From: a virus | Taxonomy: Duplodnaviria > Caudoviricetes | IMG/VR virus record: IMGVR_UViG_3300031992_000030 | Reading direction: 5' to 3' (one strand) | DNA: 64,000 nt | Shown here: positions 49,279-59,310 of the stretch, piece after piece | How the letters are laid out: each line of letters opens with the position of its first letter | Numbering within the stretch: the stretch's first letter is position 1 | Translations under genes and position numbers: made by a program | The notes under the pieces: generated by a model | Told to the model about the DNA's origin: nothing | Database searches by the model: none | Seen by the model: only the letters and a program-made list of their open reading frames with translations

Positions 49279-50637
49279 TTATGTACCTTTATAAAGACAA
49301 AAATAAGGTCTGAAATATTCACTTGAGTTAGAATCATATATATAAAGTGAACTATATAATTGACATATATGTAATTTGTTTTTACCGGTTTCAACATCGT
49401 TAACACTATCTGACCAATTTATTTCTTCTTCATGATACTGATCCCTTAACCAAACCGGTGTATTTAAATTATCAGCATTAATAAAAAAGGGATTAAGCTT
49501 AAATAAAGGAAATTGAATTGAATCTGCTGTTGTTTCAAACCTTTTTCTATTATAATGAAAATGTCCATCGGTATATACAATATCTGTTTCAAAATTGTTA
49601 TCTACCCCTGCAGTTCTAACTCCATAGCATTGTTGTTCCGTCATGACCTCTACTCGCCCATTCATCCATCTAGTAGTTATTAAACCTGGTTGATTTGTAG
49701 AATCTATTGTTGCTAATAAAGGAAAATCTAAAATATTATTTTTTGAAGTAAATGTTTGTTCAATAATATCCTCACTATGAATTAGTCCTTCTCCTCCTGA
49801 AGTAACAGAAAAATCGTTACCTAAGTAATAAACAAACACAGCGGTATTCTTTGGTATCCCATTTGAATTAAAAGTAGAATTAGGGTTAGAAGGATGAAAA
49901 TTTTTTCCTCCCTTAATTTTTACTGTATAGTCGTTACCTGTTGGTTCTTCGGCTATATCCCAATAAATTACTCCATCATCAACAGTTGGATCTGATATAT
50001 ATACACAACAGATGAAACTTACTTTTATTTTTGATATGTTAGAATAAAAAACCGTTTCATTTTCTTTTAAAGTAGTAGTAGAAAAACGCCAATTGAGATA
50101 CCCTTTCCAAGTTGAAAAGGTATATCTTCCACGAGTATTACTATATGGAACACCTGCGTTTAAAGTTTGATCAGGTACTATAACCGCATGATGTTTATTA
50201 CAAGGTTTTTTACCTACTCCATAATAATAATCAAAGGCTGCAATTCGATAGTTTATGCCAGAATTACCAGACCAATAATCACCTATAAATAAATCTTTAA
50301 AAGTTCCATTTTCTATTGCCTCTAACTGTTTTTCAGTGGGAGATTCACCTAACCATTTTCCACGATAAATGGAATTGTGGAAGCCGGCTCCAGCAGGCTC
50401 TTTGTCCTTGTTAAAAATTTCATTTATAGCACCTATTATTGTTTTTATTTTTGTTTGTAATTGTGTTGAAAAATTAAAAATAGAACATAACCAATTACTA
50501 AAATTTTCAATAGAAGAATGTTGAGATAAATAATTGAAATAAATAGCAGAAGCAGGAGAGGTTATTTCCATTAAATCTGAATTATAAATATGAGTTGATT
50601 CTTCTAATTCTGAAATTCTTTTTGTTTCTTGTGCCAT
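49279..50637 (-). CDS. Tail-fibre-like receptor-binding protein (DUF6273/CLec-like C-terminus)
   Basis: KRISEL start; LQTKIKTIIGAINE; HNSIYRG, FIGDYW, YRIAAFDYY, WLRD and FRPYFCL. Confidence 0.65.
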   Translation of the reverse strand: MAQETKRISELEESTHIYNSDLMEITSPASAIYFNYLSQHSSIENFSNWLCSIFNFSTQLQTKIKTIIGAINEIFNKDKEPAGAGFHNSIYRGKWLGESPTEKQLEAIENGTFKDLFIGDYWSGNSGINYRIAAFDYYYGVGKKPCNKHHAVIVPDQTLNAGVPYSNTRGRYTFSTWKGYLNWRFSTTTLKENETVFYSNISKIKVSFICCVYISDPTVDDGVIYWDIAEEPTGNDYTVKIKGGKNFHPSNPNSTFNSNGIPKNTAVFVYYLGNDFSVTSGGEGLIHSEDIIEQTFTSKNNILDFPLLATIDSTNQPGLITTRWMNGRVEVMTEQQCYGVRTAGVDNNFETDIVYTDGHFHYNRKRFETTADSIQFPLFKLNPFFINADNLNTPVWLRDQYHEEEINWSDSVNDVETGKNKLHICQLYSSLYIYDSNSSEYFRPYFCLYKGT

Positions 50638-50650
50638 TTTAACAACCTCC

Positions 50651-52300
50651 TCAATTAGAAACCATTGGAGGGATAAAAGGGTTTTGAGTATAAGCGAGAT
50701 TAAAAATAGGTCTAATCCCAAAAGAGCTCAATCCTCCAGTACCAGATTGTGCGGTGACTTCACCTGTGGCATTAACCCCCAAAAATAAGGTATTAAAGGC
50801 ATTTAATTCAGATATTACATAAGGGTCTTGACTCAGCGGAGTTGCATGACATCTGTCTCTTAACCAATATCCTTTTCCACAACAACGTAAATCAGGACGT
50901 AATGTAAAAAGCGGTAATTGAGAACATTCTCCATTTGGTTCAAAATTACCATCACTAACGGTATTTGATGTTTGAATAGTAAAATTATCTTCAACTCCAA
51001 TAGTTCTATTTCCTGTAATTTGCTGTTCTGTTGGTATTTCTACATCTGAAGTACAATATCGATAACCAAATTGTCCTAAATGTATCCATTTCCCTGCACT
51101 AAAAATACGACTGGTTTGCATAATATGACTATTTAAACCAAATGCTCTTTCAATAATTCTTTTTGCTTGGTTAAGTCCTCCATAATTATTACCATATTTA
51201 TAAGTAACTTTTATAGTTTGTGCATTTTTAAATGACGTACTAGCTAATTGATAACCATTAAGTCCTAACTGCCAATATAGAATTTGCTGTCCATCTACTA
51301 ATATTTCTACTATAGAAGGAACACGATTACCTCCAGTGTCAGCATTATAGGTAGGAAGTAAAGCTTGATGTGATAAAACTACATAACTTGAGTCAAATTC
51401 TCCGTAAGATGTTTGTACGTCAGAACTTGAAAATGTTTCTTCAACTGTTTGAATATCAGAATCATTCATATAAGCATACATGAGAATAATTTCATTAAAA
51501 GTTGGGGTAATAGGACTAGTTCGTGGAAAACCATAAACTAATTTATTTCCATAATTTATGTGCCAAGTATTAGAAGAATAACTTATTACATTATTATCCA
51601 CTATTAAAAATCCATTAACTGGATAATGGTCTAAATCAATAGCAAAAATTTTCGTTCCATTACCTACATCGAATAAATATCCATCACTATTTGAATGAGT
51701 TTCTGAAACAGATTTATATCCTCGCATATCGCTCCAAGTATATCCACTCATAGCTCCAATACCAGTGGAAGTAAAGATTTGAGTTGGGCCAGGAACTATA
51801 ACTTCATCAGGGATGACAGTAATATGAGGTGCAGCATTTCCTTCATAACCAACCCCTCTAAAATAATCAAAGGCGGCTATACGCCAAGTGATCCATTGGT
51901 CGGTTTCTTGGTCATAAGTTTTCCAGAAATCTCCAATGAACATATTGTGGAACTTGTCTTGAGCGATAGTATTCCAGTCTATGTTAGCAGGGTCACCCAA
52001 GTCCGCGCCTCTAAAAAAGGAATTGTGAGCACCTGGGCCGTCGGGGACTGAATTCCAAAATCCTCCATCTGAATTCAATTCATTAATAGCACCAATTATA
52101 TTTTTTGCATTAGTTTGAAGTGAATCAAAATTTAATACAGAACCTATCCAATTACCCAAGCGCGATAAGGTTAATTTTTTAGATTTATATGGATGTTCAG
52201 AACCTTCTGGTTGAGGCGAAGATATTTCTATTACTTCATTTCCATTTAGATTATCAGTTCCTAAAGGTAATTCAGAAATTTTAACATTCTCTTTAGACAT
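50651..52300 (-). CDS. Tail-fibre-like receptor-binding protein, paralog of 49279-50637
   Basis: KISELP; LQTNAKNIIGAINEL; HNSFFRG, FIGDFW, WRIAAFDYF, YWLRD and IRPIFNL. Confidence 0.65.
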   Translation of the reverse strand: MSKENVKISELPLGTDNLNGNEVIEISSPQPEGSEHPYKSKKLTLSRLGNWIGSVLNFDSLQTNAKNIIGAINELNSDGGFWNSVPDGPGAHNSFFRGADLGDPANIDWNTIAQDKFHNMFIGDFWKTYDQETDQWITWRIAAFDYFRGVGYEGNAAPHITVIPDEVIVPGPTQIFTSTGIGAMSGYTWSDMRGYKSVSETHSNSDGYLFDVGNGTKIFAIDLDHYPVNGFLIVDNNVISYSSNTWHINYGNKLVYGFPRTSPITPTFNEIILMYAYMNDSDIQTVEETFSSSDVQTSYGEFDSSYVVLSHQALLPTYNADTGGNRVPSIVEILVDGQQILYWQLGLNGYQLASTSFKNAQTIKVTYKYGNNYGGLNQAKRIIERAFGLNSHIMQTSRIFSAGKWIHLGQFGYRYCTSDVEIPTEQQITGNRTIGVEDNFTIQTSNTVSDGNFEPNGECSQLPLFTLRPDLRCCGKGYWLRDRCHATPLSQDPYVISELNAFNTLFLGVNATGEVTAQSGTGGLSSFGIRPIFNLAYTQNPFIPPMVSN

Positions 52301-52344
52301 AAAAGAGACCTCCTTTTCTCTTATTTTTGTTCTTTATAAAATAT

Positions 52345-52381
52345 AAAAAAAATAAGGGGTAGATTACAATAATCTACCCCT
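52345..52381 (-). terminator. Terminator-like hairpin, copy 2 (contains the dehydrogenase stop codon)
   Basis: AGGGGTAGATTA / TAATCTACCCCT plus an A-run. Confidence 0.75.
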
Positions 52382-53095
52382 ATTAAATTTTATAATAGAT
52401 TTTAATAAGTTTCCATCTTGTGCTATATAAGTTACATCTTTATTCAAACAATGAGAATTCCAATAGGGAGTATCTCTATAAACATAAGTATGTGATGGAT
52501 TAACTCGTGGGTCTAAAATGAATAATTCTCGTAATTCTTCATAGTCCAGTCCATATTTGTTGCATATATCAAAAAACTCATTACAAAAACTGACCTTTGC
52601 GGCCAGCCATGAGTTCTCCATGAACTTGACCATTTCCGCGTATTGACTGTCTACGATTCTAAATTTGTGCGACCCATCGTAACAATGTTGCAGGATTTGT
52701 TGTACATCAATACAATCTTTTCTATCGCCGCCAAGTATTGTAAAATTAAAATCACAATTATTACAATGTTGTGTATTGCCATAATATTCTGGACTAACAA
52801 CAATATGTTTACCGTATTTCTCTCTCAATCTATCACAAGTACCGATTGGACACGTAGATTTAATTACATAGATTTTACTATTATTTTCTTGTATAGCATT
52901 TTCTACCTCTGTCGTATCCAAAGTAGTACCCTTCAACGGGGTGTCAACACAGATAAACGCCAGGTCATATTGTTCGCAGGACCTATGGCCGCACCGGTAA
53001 CCCTCATACTTATCATATACTTCTGGTTTTAATCTTTCTAACTCTTTATAAAGATTTCGACCGACAACGCCATATCCTACAATTAGAACATTCAT
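52364..53095 (-). CDS. UDP-glucose/GDP-mannose dehydrogenase family protein (no C-terminal domain)
   Basis: GYGVVG, CVDTP, IKST, SPEY, AEMVKFMENSWLAAKVSFCNE, DPRV and SHCLNKD (catalytic Cys). Confidence 0.8.
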   Translation of the reverse strand: MNVLIVGYGVVGRNLYKELERLKPEVYDKYEGYRCGHRSCEQYDLAFICVDTPLKGTTLDTTEVENAIQENNSKIYVIKSTCPIGTCDRLREKYGKHIVVSPEYYGNTQHCNNCDFNFTILGGDRKDCIDVQQILQHCYDGSHKFRIVDSQYAEMVKFMENSWLAAKVSFCNEFFDICNKYGLDYEELRELFILDPRVNPSHTYVYRDTPYWNSHCLNKDVTYIAQDGNLLKSIIKFNRGRLL

Positions 53096-53667
53096 TTTAT
53101 TTCGCCTCTCTTTTTTCTCCAAGTTATACTACCTTCTCTATTGGAATTATAGAAATAAAGCAATCTTCTTAAATAGCCTCTACTATGAGGAATTTTACTT
53201 AAATCTTTTTGAAATTGAGCATCTGTATTACACTCAAGTTTTTCATCAAATTTAGGTACTATTTCTCTACGATAAATAGCTTTCCAAATTGCTCTGTTTA
53301 TTGGACGTTCCATAATTTGCATTGTTCTGGGGTCTGCCCAACTAAAAAGAATTTCATCTTTCCCAATTTCATCAATAGCTTTTAATAATTGTTCTACATA
53401 GTCCATAGAAATCATATCGTCACTATCTATAAAGGCAATATAATCTCCAGTAGCTTGTGCGATCCCAGCATTCCAGGCCGCACAAGCACCGAGATGTTCT
53501 TTATGTTCTATTATAAATTCGGAGAAAACATCAAAACGAATTTCATTACAACCATCATCAATAAGAATTACCTCAACCTCTTCTGTCTTTTGGATTTGTA
53601 ATTCTTTAAGAAGTTTAATTGTATATTCATATGTGTTGTAATAAGGAATTATAATAGAAAGTTTCAT
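53092..53667 (-). CDS. GT2 family glycosyltransferase
   Basis: SIIIPYYN, ILIDDG and YIAFIDSDD (DxD); ATGA-coupled to the dehydrogenase. Confidence 0.85.
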   Translation of the reverse strand: MKLSIIIPYYNTYEYTIKLLKELQIQKTEEVEVILIDDGCNEIRFDVFSEFIIEHKEHLGACAAWNAGIAQATGDYIAFIDSDDMISMDYVEQLLKAIDEIGKDEILFSWADPRTMQIMERPINRAIWKAIYRREIVPKFDEKLECNTDAQFQKDLSKIPHSRGYLRRLLYFYNSNREGSITWRKKRGEIK

Positions 53668-53670
53668 TTA

Positions 53671-55731
53671 TTATTCTCCTTCGGGGTTGTAACCATAAAC
53701 TACAAATGAAGGTGGGATTCCAGCATTTACTTCTGGCCCTTCTCCCTCTTCCCATGGAACTAGTATCATATTATATCCAGAATCATCAAAAGCTGTAGAA
53801 CTAACACTATTTGGCGTTCCTAAAAACTGTAATTTATTTATTTTGTTGTAAGGTAATGTAGAAGATTCCATTAAACCTCTCCAAACATCTGAATTATATT
53901 CTCCTGTTACTGGAATAGGACTAATACATACCATCCACTGAGGGTCATAACCTTCTTCACTTTCAACTACAACTACATCACCAGCTAAATAAGTTCTAGT
54001 TGAATCGTAAACTCCTAAGGAATCTGGGAGCCAACCTGATATCAATACAATCTGTTCACCACCGCCATTGAGAATGGTTTTAAAGTTATCATCTTCATAA
54101 ACTATGTCTCCCAAATTGTAAGTGGCAGAATCGTCAAATATTCCAACTACATCTGGGTCGTATTGATCATATGAAGACCAGTAAGAAGTATGAGTGTAGG
54201 AATCTGGTTCATTACCTGTGGTTGGTGCTATACAAGTATGTATGTTACCATTATAAACTACTGTATCTCCTATATTATAAGAAACAGAATTACTATAAAC
54301 AGAAATTTCTGGATAATAACCATCTTTCCATTTATTATAATCAAATTCTTCTGGAGCTGTAACAGGAACAATACAAGTACATGCTTTTGCTGCCACACCT
54401 CCATTATTAACAATTACTACATCGCCAATATCATAAGTCCTTGTTGAATCATACAATCCTTCATTTAATGGACAATAACCCTCTGCCCAATAATTACTGA
54501 TTATACCAGAACCAATAGGTGGTGTAGCATAACAAGTATAATCACTATGATAATCATGACTAAAAATATAATCTCCAATTTGATATTGGGTTTCAGAATT
54601 ATAACTTCCTTCAATATATGGATAGCTGTTAGACACCCACTCGAATTCGCCCTGATCTTCAGGAGGTGACATAGAGGGATTATCAACTAAACAAGTATAA
54701 ATTTGACTGTTGTTACTAGAGCGATCCATTACCACTTCACCGCTGCTATAAGAATTATTTGAATTATAATATCCTTTAAAATTTTTATAATAACTTGTTG
54801 TTTGAGGTTTTACAAACATTTCAACACAAGTATAACTTTCATAGACATCATAGAGTTCATTATAAACAATAACTCCATCTCCCTCGACATAAGTGTTATC
54901 AGGGTTATATAATCCTACAACACCCGGAGCATAAATATTTACCCAATGATCAGAATTAAACTCTTCAGGTGTCTCAATATTATAAATACATGTATAATAA
55001 TTCACTTCTGAATCACTATTATTAATAATTACATCTCCTATTGAATAGGTTGAATTTGGATCATAATTCTTTGCTCCCGCTTGAGGGTTATTAGAATTTA
55101 CAAAAGCATTTATACCAACTTCTTGCACGCTTGCAGGAATGTAAGAAAACTTTAAATTAGAACAACCATAAAATGCTTCTTCTTGTATCTGTTCAACTCC
55201 CTCTGGCAATTCATCAATTTGCAACAATTTTTGATTATAAAAAGCTTTTTCTCCTATTATTGTTGGGGTAGTTTTAAAAGTTAATTTATTGATAAAACTC
55301 GTAGATACTTCACCATGTGGAGGAAAGTTGTCGTCCCACCAAGTTTCAGAAACATCTATACTTTCTGGTATATTTGTTTCTAATATTAAATCTTTATATT
55401 CTCCACATTCATAATCTAAACTACTGTATAAAGCATAAGGCATTATGTCGCCATAACTATCAGCTGAAAGGACAAAACCGTTATCAGCAAATTCAGTAGG
55501 AACAATGCCACACCCGGGCACTGTTCCACCTCCTTCCTGTTTTCCCATTGACTTTTCTTCCCACTTTCCTTCAGTGGTAAAAACATATGTTTTTGAATTT
55601 TCAATACAAAATATTTCACTACCCGGCACGATTCCTACAACTGGAGCCGATTCTATATCGGAGGCATTGTCCGCGCAGAACTTCTTGATGCCGTGCGCAA
55701 TATGATTTCCATTTTGTGTAACTGAATACAT
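53671..55731 (-). CDS. Adhesin: BspA-type LRR domain with eight inserted CBM5/12-like repeats
   Basis: IGEKAF...LPEGVEQIQEEAFYGCSNL...IPASVQEVGINAF; eight YxxxxxYxxG[DE]xV repeats, most followed by YTC...W. Confidence 0.65.
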   Translation of the reverse strand: MYSVTQNGNHIAHGIKKFCADNASDIESAPVVGIVPGSEIFCIENSKTYVFTTEGKWEEKSMGKQEGGGTVPGCGIVPTEFADNGFVLSADSYGDIMPYALYSSLDYECGEYKDLILETNIPESIDVSETWWDDNFPPHGEVSTSFINKLTFKTTPTIIGEKAFYNQKLLQIDELPEGVEQIQEEAFYGCSNLKFSYIPASVQEVGINAFVNSNNPQAGAKNYDPNSTYSIGDVIINNSDSEVNYYTCIYNIETPEEFNSDHWVNIYAPGVVGLYNPDNTYVEGDGVIVYNELYDVYESYTCVEMFVKPQTTSYYKNFKGYYNSNNSYSSGEVVMDRSSNNSQIYTCLVDNPSMSPPEDQGEFEWVSNSYPYIEGSYNSETQYQIGDYIFSHDYHSDYTCYATPPIGSGIISNYWAEGYCPLNEGLYDSTRTYDIGDVVIVNNGGVAAKACTCIVPVTAPEEFDYNKWKDGYYPEISVYSNSVSYNIGDTVVYNGNIHTCIAPTTGNEPDSYTHTSYWSSYDQYDPDVVGIFDDSATYNLGDIVYEDDNFKTILNGGGEQIVLISGWLPDSLGVYDSTRTYLAGDVVVVESEEGYDPQWMVCISPIPVTGEYNSDVWRGLMESSTLPYNKINKLQFLGTPNSVSSTAFDDSGYNMILVPWEEGEGPEVNAGIPPSFVVYGYNPEGE

Positions 55732-55804
55732 TTATTATTCCTCCTTTTGGTTAGATTTTACTTTAATATTAACACTTCTATTTTTTCTACACAGCCTTTT
55801 GGAA

Positions 55805-56422
55805 TTATACCGGGACAAAAACCTTCATACTATTAATACGGGCTGTAGTTTCTGATATACGAATATAACTTGTTCCTTCCGGTATAGTAATAGCAAACCC
55901 GTTTATTGTGAGCCGTACACGTGTAGGTTCTTTATTTGCATTATAAGCACAACAATATTGACTATCCATTCCAGAACCCCAACTCGTTGATGGAGATACA
56001 TATACCGTATCTACTCCTTCAACATCGATAAAGTCCGTAAGAGACCAACCATTGTAGTTGGATATAGTCCCATTGTTGTCGACATACTTATTTTCTGTGT
56101 TATTATCCGGGTCGTATCTATCGTCCGTAAAGTTTCCACCAATTGGTGCTGGACTGCTTGAAGTAGATGAAAAAGTGGCTTTAACCCATACATCCTCTGT
56201 TTGAACAGGAAATACGAATGTTAAACTATGATTTCCTTCTATTTTGTCTGTCGGCACCAATCCAAATTTAGAAACTTCCCAATCTACTGTCACACTATTA
56301 GTTATACATTTATCAGCAAATGTTACAGAGGTTTCTCCGGCAAAAAGTTTTTCTTTAAGAGTCTTTGTATATCCAGCATATGGTGCTGAATATGAAACTC
56401 CATTTTTCATTAAAATTCCCAT
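55805..56422 (-). CDS. Putative virion appendage protein
   Basis: KNGVSY N-terminus, AGETSVTF docking-like module and a beta-sandwich C-terminus (IPEGTSYIRIS). Confidence 0.55.
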   Translation of the reverse strand: MGILMKNGVSYSAPYAGYTKTLKEKLFAGETSVTFADKCITNSVTVDWEVSKFGLVPTDKIEGNHSLTFVFPVQTEDVWVKATFSSTSSSPAPIGGNFTDDRYDPDNNTENKYVDNNGTISNYNGWSLTDFIDVEGVDTVYVSPSTSWGSGMDSQYCCAYNANKEPTRVRLTINGFAITIPEGTSYIRISETTARINSMKVFVPV

Positions 56423-56440
56423 TTATTACCTCCTTTCATT

Positions 56441-57967
56441 TTATGGTACACAATTAAGATAAACTCTAATTACATTCTTGGTCCAAGGTTTTGTTTGAGT
56501 GGAAAAAAGACCTGCTTGTTCTGGCCATTTTGTACTCCACGCTCCAAGTCCAAGTATAAAACCATCAGTTATTTCAGGTTTATCTATATCACAATTGTCT
56601 CCAGCATATCTTCCATTTGTTACATAATCTATCGCAGTTGGAAAAAAAGCATATTTTGTATAAGTTACTTCAATAACATTTTTACCCCAATTACTGCTTC
56701 GTGGATAAGCTGGGCCTTGTAAATAATTTGCTGAATCTTCATAATTATAATCGTTATAACCAGAACTATCAACATTACTACGAGTTAATTTATAGCGATA
56801 TGTACTGTTTCTATTATATTCACCTATCCAACCCATTTTATCGCCTTGTGCGATAAAATGTTCCATACCAAACATTTTTACTCCATCAGTAGTATAATTA
56901 TTAATTCCATAAAACATTCCCTTTTTATTTAAATCTCCCGTTATTTGAGATCTGCTTTCACGTCCTGTTCCAATCTTATCTTGAATATTATTTGATTTTA
57001 ACATTAGTACGGAAAGTAAAGTAATAAGAATATAATTATTGAATTGAAATAAATACCATTTGTCTGCTCCACAAATATTATTTAATTGACTTCCTTCTAT
57101 GTGCTCTTGCATTGTATATTGTTCAGTAGGCTCTTCGGATTGGTAAAAATCTTTATAGAAATAGCTTTGTTGATTTAAACCGCTTAAACTTCTTACTCTA
57201 CCAGTTGTATCACGGGTGGGAGAATAAATACCCGTATAAAAATGATCTTTTAATTCGCCTTTTGCATCATAAAATGACCAGGCTTCATAATCTTCATCAG
57301 CTTTATAATTTGCTATATAAATATTAGCTGAAGTAGAACTTGTACCATTATCAGGAACAATTTTATACCAGATTTTTTGACCATTTTGTCCCCATTCCAT
57401 CATAGCATTACCCGGAAAGTCAACATTATCAACATCAGAAGGTGTACCATCTTCTTTCTTGGTATAGTCATTAGGATCTAAGTAATAAGCTACTTTACCA
57501 CTATATTTTAACATACAAGGTCTTGGCATAAAAAAAGCATTTTCCCAAGAACCATAGTTAAATTCTCCAGTTGAAAAATTCATTGCGGCAGGGGCCATTC
57601 CTACTGCATCTGCCAAGTATGTTATACAGTTATCTGGATGATTTATTGAGTTATCTATGCGGTAACCGTAGATGATGGGCTCGACAACTGATTCAGATCC
57701 AATATTTGGATTAGTTACTACAATTTTAACGTTGTGTTCAAGTTCTCTTGAGAACAAGACCGCATTTAAAGTACGATCATTTATTTTTTTACTAACCAAT
57801 ATCATATTCTTATCAGACGAATAAAATTTAACAATTGAATCTGAATTTATAAATTTATCAGTAATAGTAATGGTAGATGAGCCGCCAAGAAGAGTTCTTT
57901 CAAAAATTTTACTCTTTACATTACTACTTCTGGTATATTCTATACCGTTTTTAGTAATAGTTGCCAT
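56441..57967 (-). CDS. Tail-fibre-like protein (lectin-fold-like C-terminus)
   Basis: KNGIEY N-terminus, GGSSTITITD module; FNYGSW...PRPCMLK..G.V.YYLDPNDY and VKMFGME. Confidence 0.6.
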   Translation of the reverse strand: MATITKNGIEYTRSSNVKSKIFERTLLGGSSTITITDKFINSDSIVKFYSSDKNMILVSKKINDRTLNAVLFSRELEHNVKIVVTNPNIGSESVVEPIIYGYRIDNSINHPDNCITYLADAVGMAPAAMNFSTGEFNYGSWENAFFMPRPCMLKYSGKVAYYLDPNDYTKKEDGTPSDVDNVDFPGNAMMEWGQNGQKIWYKIVPDNGTSSTSANIYIANYKADEDYEAWSFYDAKGELKDHFYTGIYSPTRDTTGRVRSLSGLNQQSYFYKDFYQSEEPTEQYTMQEHIEGSQLNNICGADKWYLFQFNNYILITLLSVLMLKSNNIQDKIGTGRESRSQITGDLNKKGMFYGINNYTTDGVKMFGMEHFIAQGDKMGWIGEYNRNSTYRYKLTRSNVDSSGYNDYNYEDSANYLQGPAYPRSSNWGKNVIEVTYTKYAFFPTAIDYVTNGRYAGDNCDIDKPEITDGFILGLGAWSTKWPEQAGLFSTQTKPWTKNVIRVYLNCVP

Positions 57968-57968
57968 T

Positions 57969-58676
57969 TTATCCCTCCTTTGTTGGTATGAATTTCAAAC
58001 CAGTTACATAGTACCACAAGTGCGAAGAAATAGAATGATTAGTTAAATCAACGAATGTACTATTGTTATAATATAACACTCTCCAAGTATTTAACTGATT
58101 ATTTATGTCTGAACTTCCATAATAACTACTACAAGGTTTCATAAAAATTGAATTGTTTATTTCACATTCATCGTTTGTGGGGCTCGTACAGGTTAAACTA
58201 AGAATCATATTAAAATCAAATAAATTCAATTCTGTATTTATTTCGGTCCAGCTATCACTTTTTTGTCTGCTAAAGATTTTTGTTTCTACAATAGCACCAT
58301 TAGTACATTTAAGTCCAATAATCTGCGTTATATAAACGTAATTGCCCCTTATACGACTTAATGAAGTATCTGAATCTATCCGAAATACTACATGATGTCT
58401 AGTATTTATCATATTACAATTTACGTATGTACTATTTTCATTTGCTACAAAATCCAATATACCAGGTGTAGCATAAGAATGGAAAATAGCATTGTCTGAA
58501 CCTGTATCACAACATACTATTTTAATTATATCATAGTTATGAAAATTATCAGATAAAGTAATTTTTTGTTCTCCTGCAGTACTTTGGTTTTGATATATTA
58601 CTGTTTCAGAAAATTGTGGTTCGATATCAACCACAGATGAGGGATTTACCTCATTTATACATCTATAAAATTTCAT
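57969..58676 (-). CDS. Putative appendage protein with two similar beta domains
   Basis: KFYRC N-terminus; ETVIY...ITQIIGLK is echoed by ETKIF...VTGLK. Confidence 0.5.
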   Translation of the reverse strand: MKFYRCINEVNPSSVVDIEPQFSETVIYQNQSTAGEQKITLSDNFHNYDIIKIVCCDTGSDNAIFHSYATPGILDFVANENSTYVNCNMINTRHHVVFRIDSDTSLSRIRGNYVYITQIIGLKCTNGAIVETKIFSRQKSDSWTEINTELNLFDFNMILSLTCTSPTNDECEINNSIFMKPCSSYYGSSDINNQLNTWRVLYYNNSTFVDLTNHSISSHLWYYVTGLKFIPTKEG

Positions 58677-58821
58677 CTTCTCTCCTTTCTTGCGACAAGC
58701 CGGTCCTGAGAACTTTTTGATTAATTCTTGAGTGTCTCAGGACCACCGGCCGCACATATCTACCTCCTGTTATGTCAAAGATTTGGTGTATCAAATGGTC
58801 ACCTTGTATTTTATACCTCCA

Positions 58822-59310
58822 TCAGTGAACTATTAGATTACCTCTATAAGCTAATGTATTTCTTGCTGTTGTTATCTCTACATCATTCTCTTGATTAAGC
58901 AAGTAAGCATTTATAAAAGATGAATCATTGGAACCATATACTTTCCACGATATAGGATCTCTACCGGGATAATCATTTGCTGTGAACCAAGCAAACTTTT
59001 TGTAAATAGATATATCAAGTCCACCTTGACCAACATCAATGATTACATCTGATCCTGAACTTGGATTCCATACGATAGCAACCTTTGATTTTACACCTCC
59101 ATCAATAAGGGCTGCTCCACTATTTCCATCAAAAGTACACGATGCGGAATAATTGAAAGGATATCTATTATCATTCTCGTCTTGAAACTGAATATCACTC
59201 ATTTGAATATATCCATCAGAATTACCTAATTTAGAGATGTGCCATTTAAAATAGCGAAAAACAGTTCCGGATCCTCCGCCATTTCCACCCATACACTTAA
59301 ACCACGCCAT
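58822..59310 (-). CDS. Discoidin/F5-8 type C-like carbohydrate-binding protein
   Basis: MAWFKCMGG linker; FRYFKWHI, IQMSDI, LIDG and TANDYPGRDPISWKVYGSND. Confidence 0.55.
   Translation of the reverse strand: MAWFKCMGGNGGGSGTVFRYFKWHISKLGNSDGYIQMSDIQFQDENDNRYPFNYSASCTFDGNSGAALIDGGVKSKVAIVWNPSSGSDVIIDVGQGGLDISIYKKFAWFTANDYPGRDPISWKVYGSNDSSFINAYLLNQENDVEITTARNTLAYRGNLIVH

Noticed and set aside
52364-53667. GT2/dehydrogenase as a DNA hypermodification system
   Set aside because: No hydroxymethylase or other base-modification genes are nearby, dUTPase and ThyX imply normal thymine, and the context is structural. It is not formally excluded.
49279-57967. Diversity-generating retroelement acting on the lectin-like C-termini
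   Set aside because: I saw no reverse transcriptase and no template/variable repeat pair differing at adenines in this window. One elsewhere in the genome cannot be excluded.
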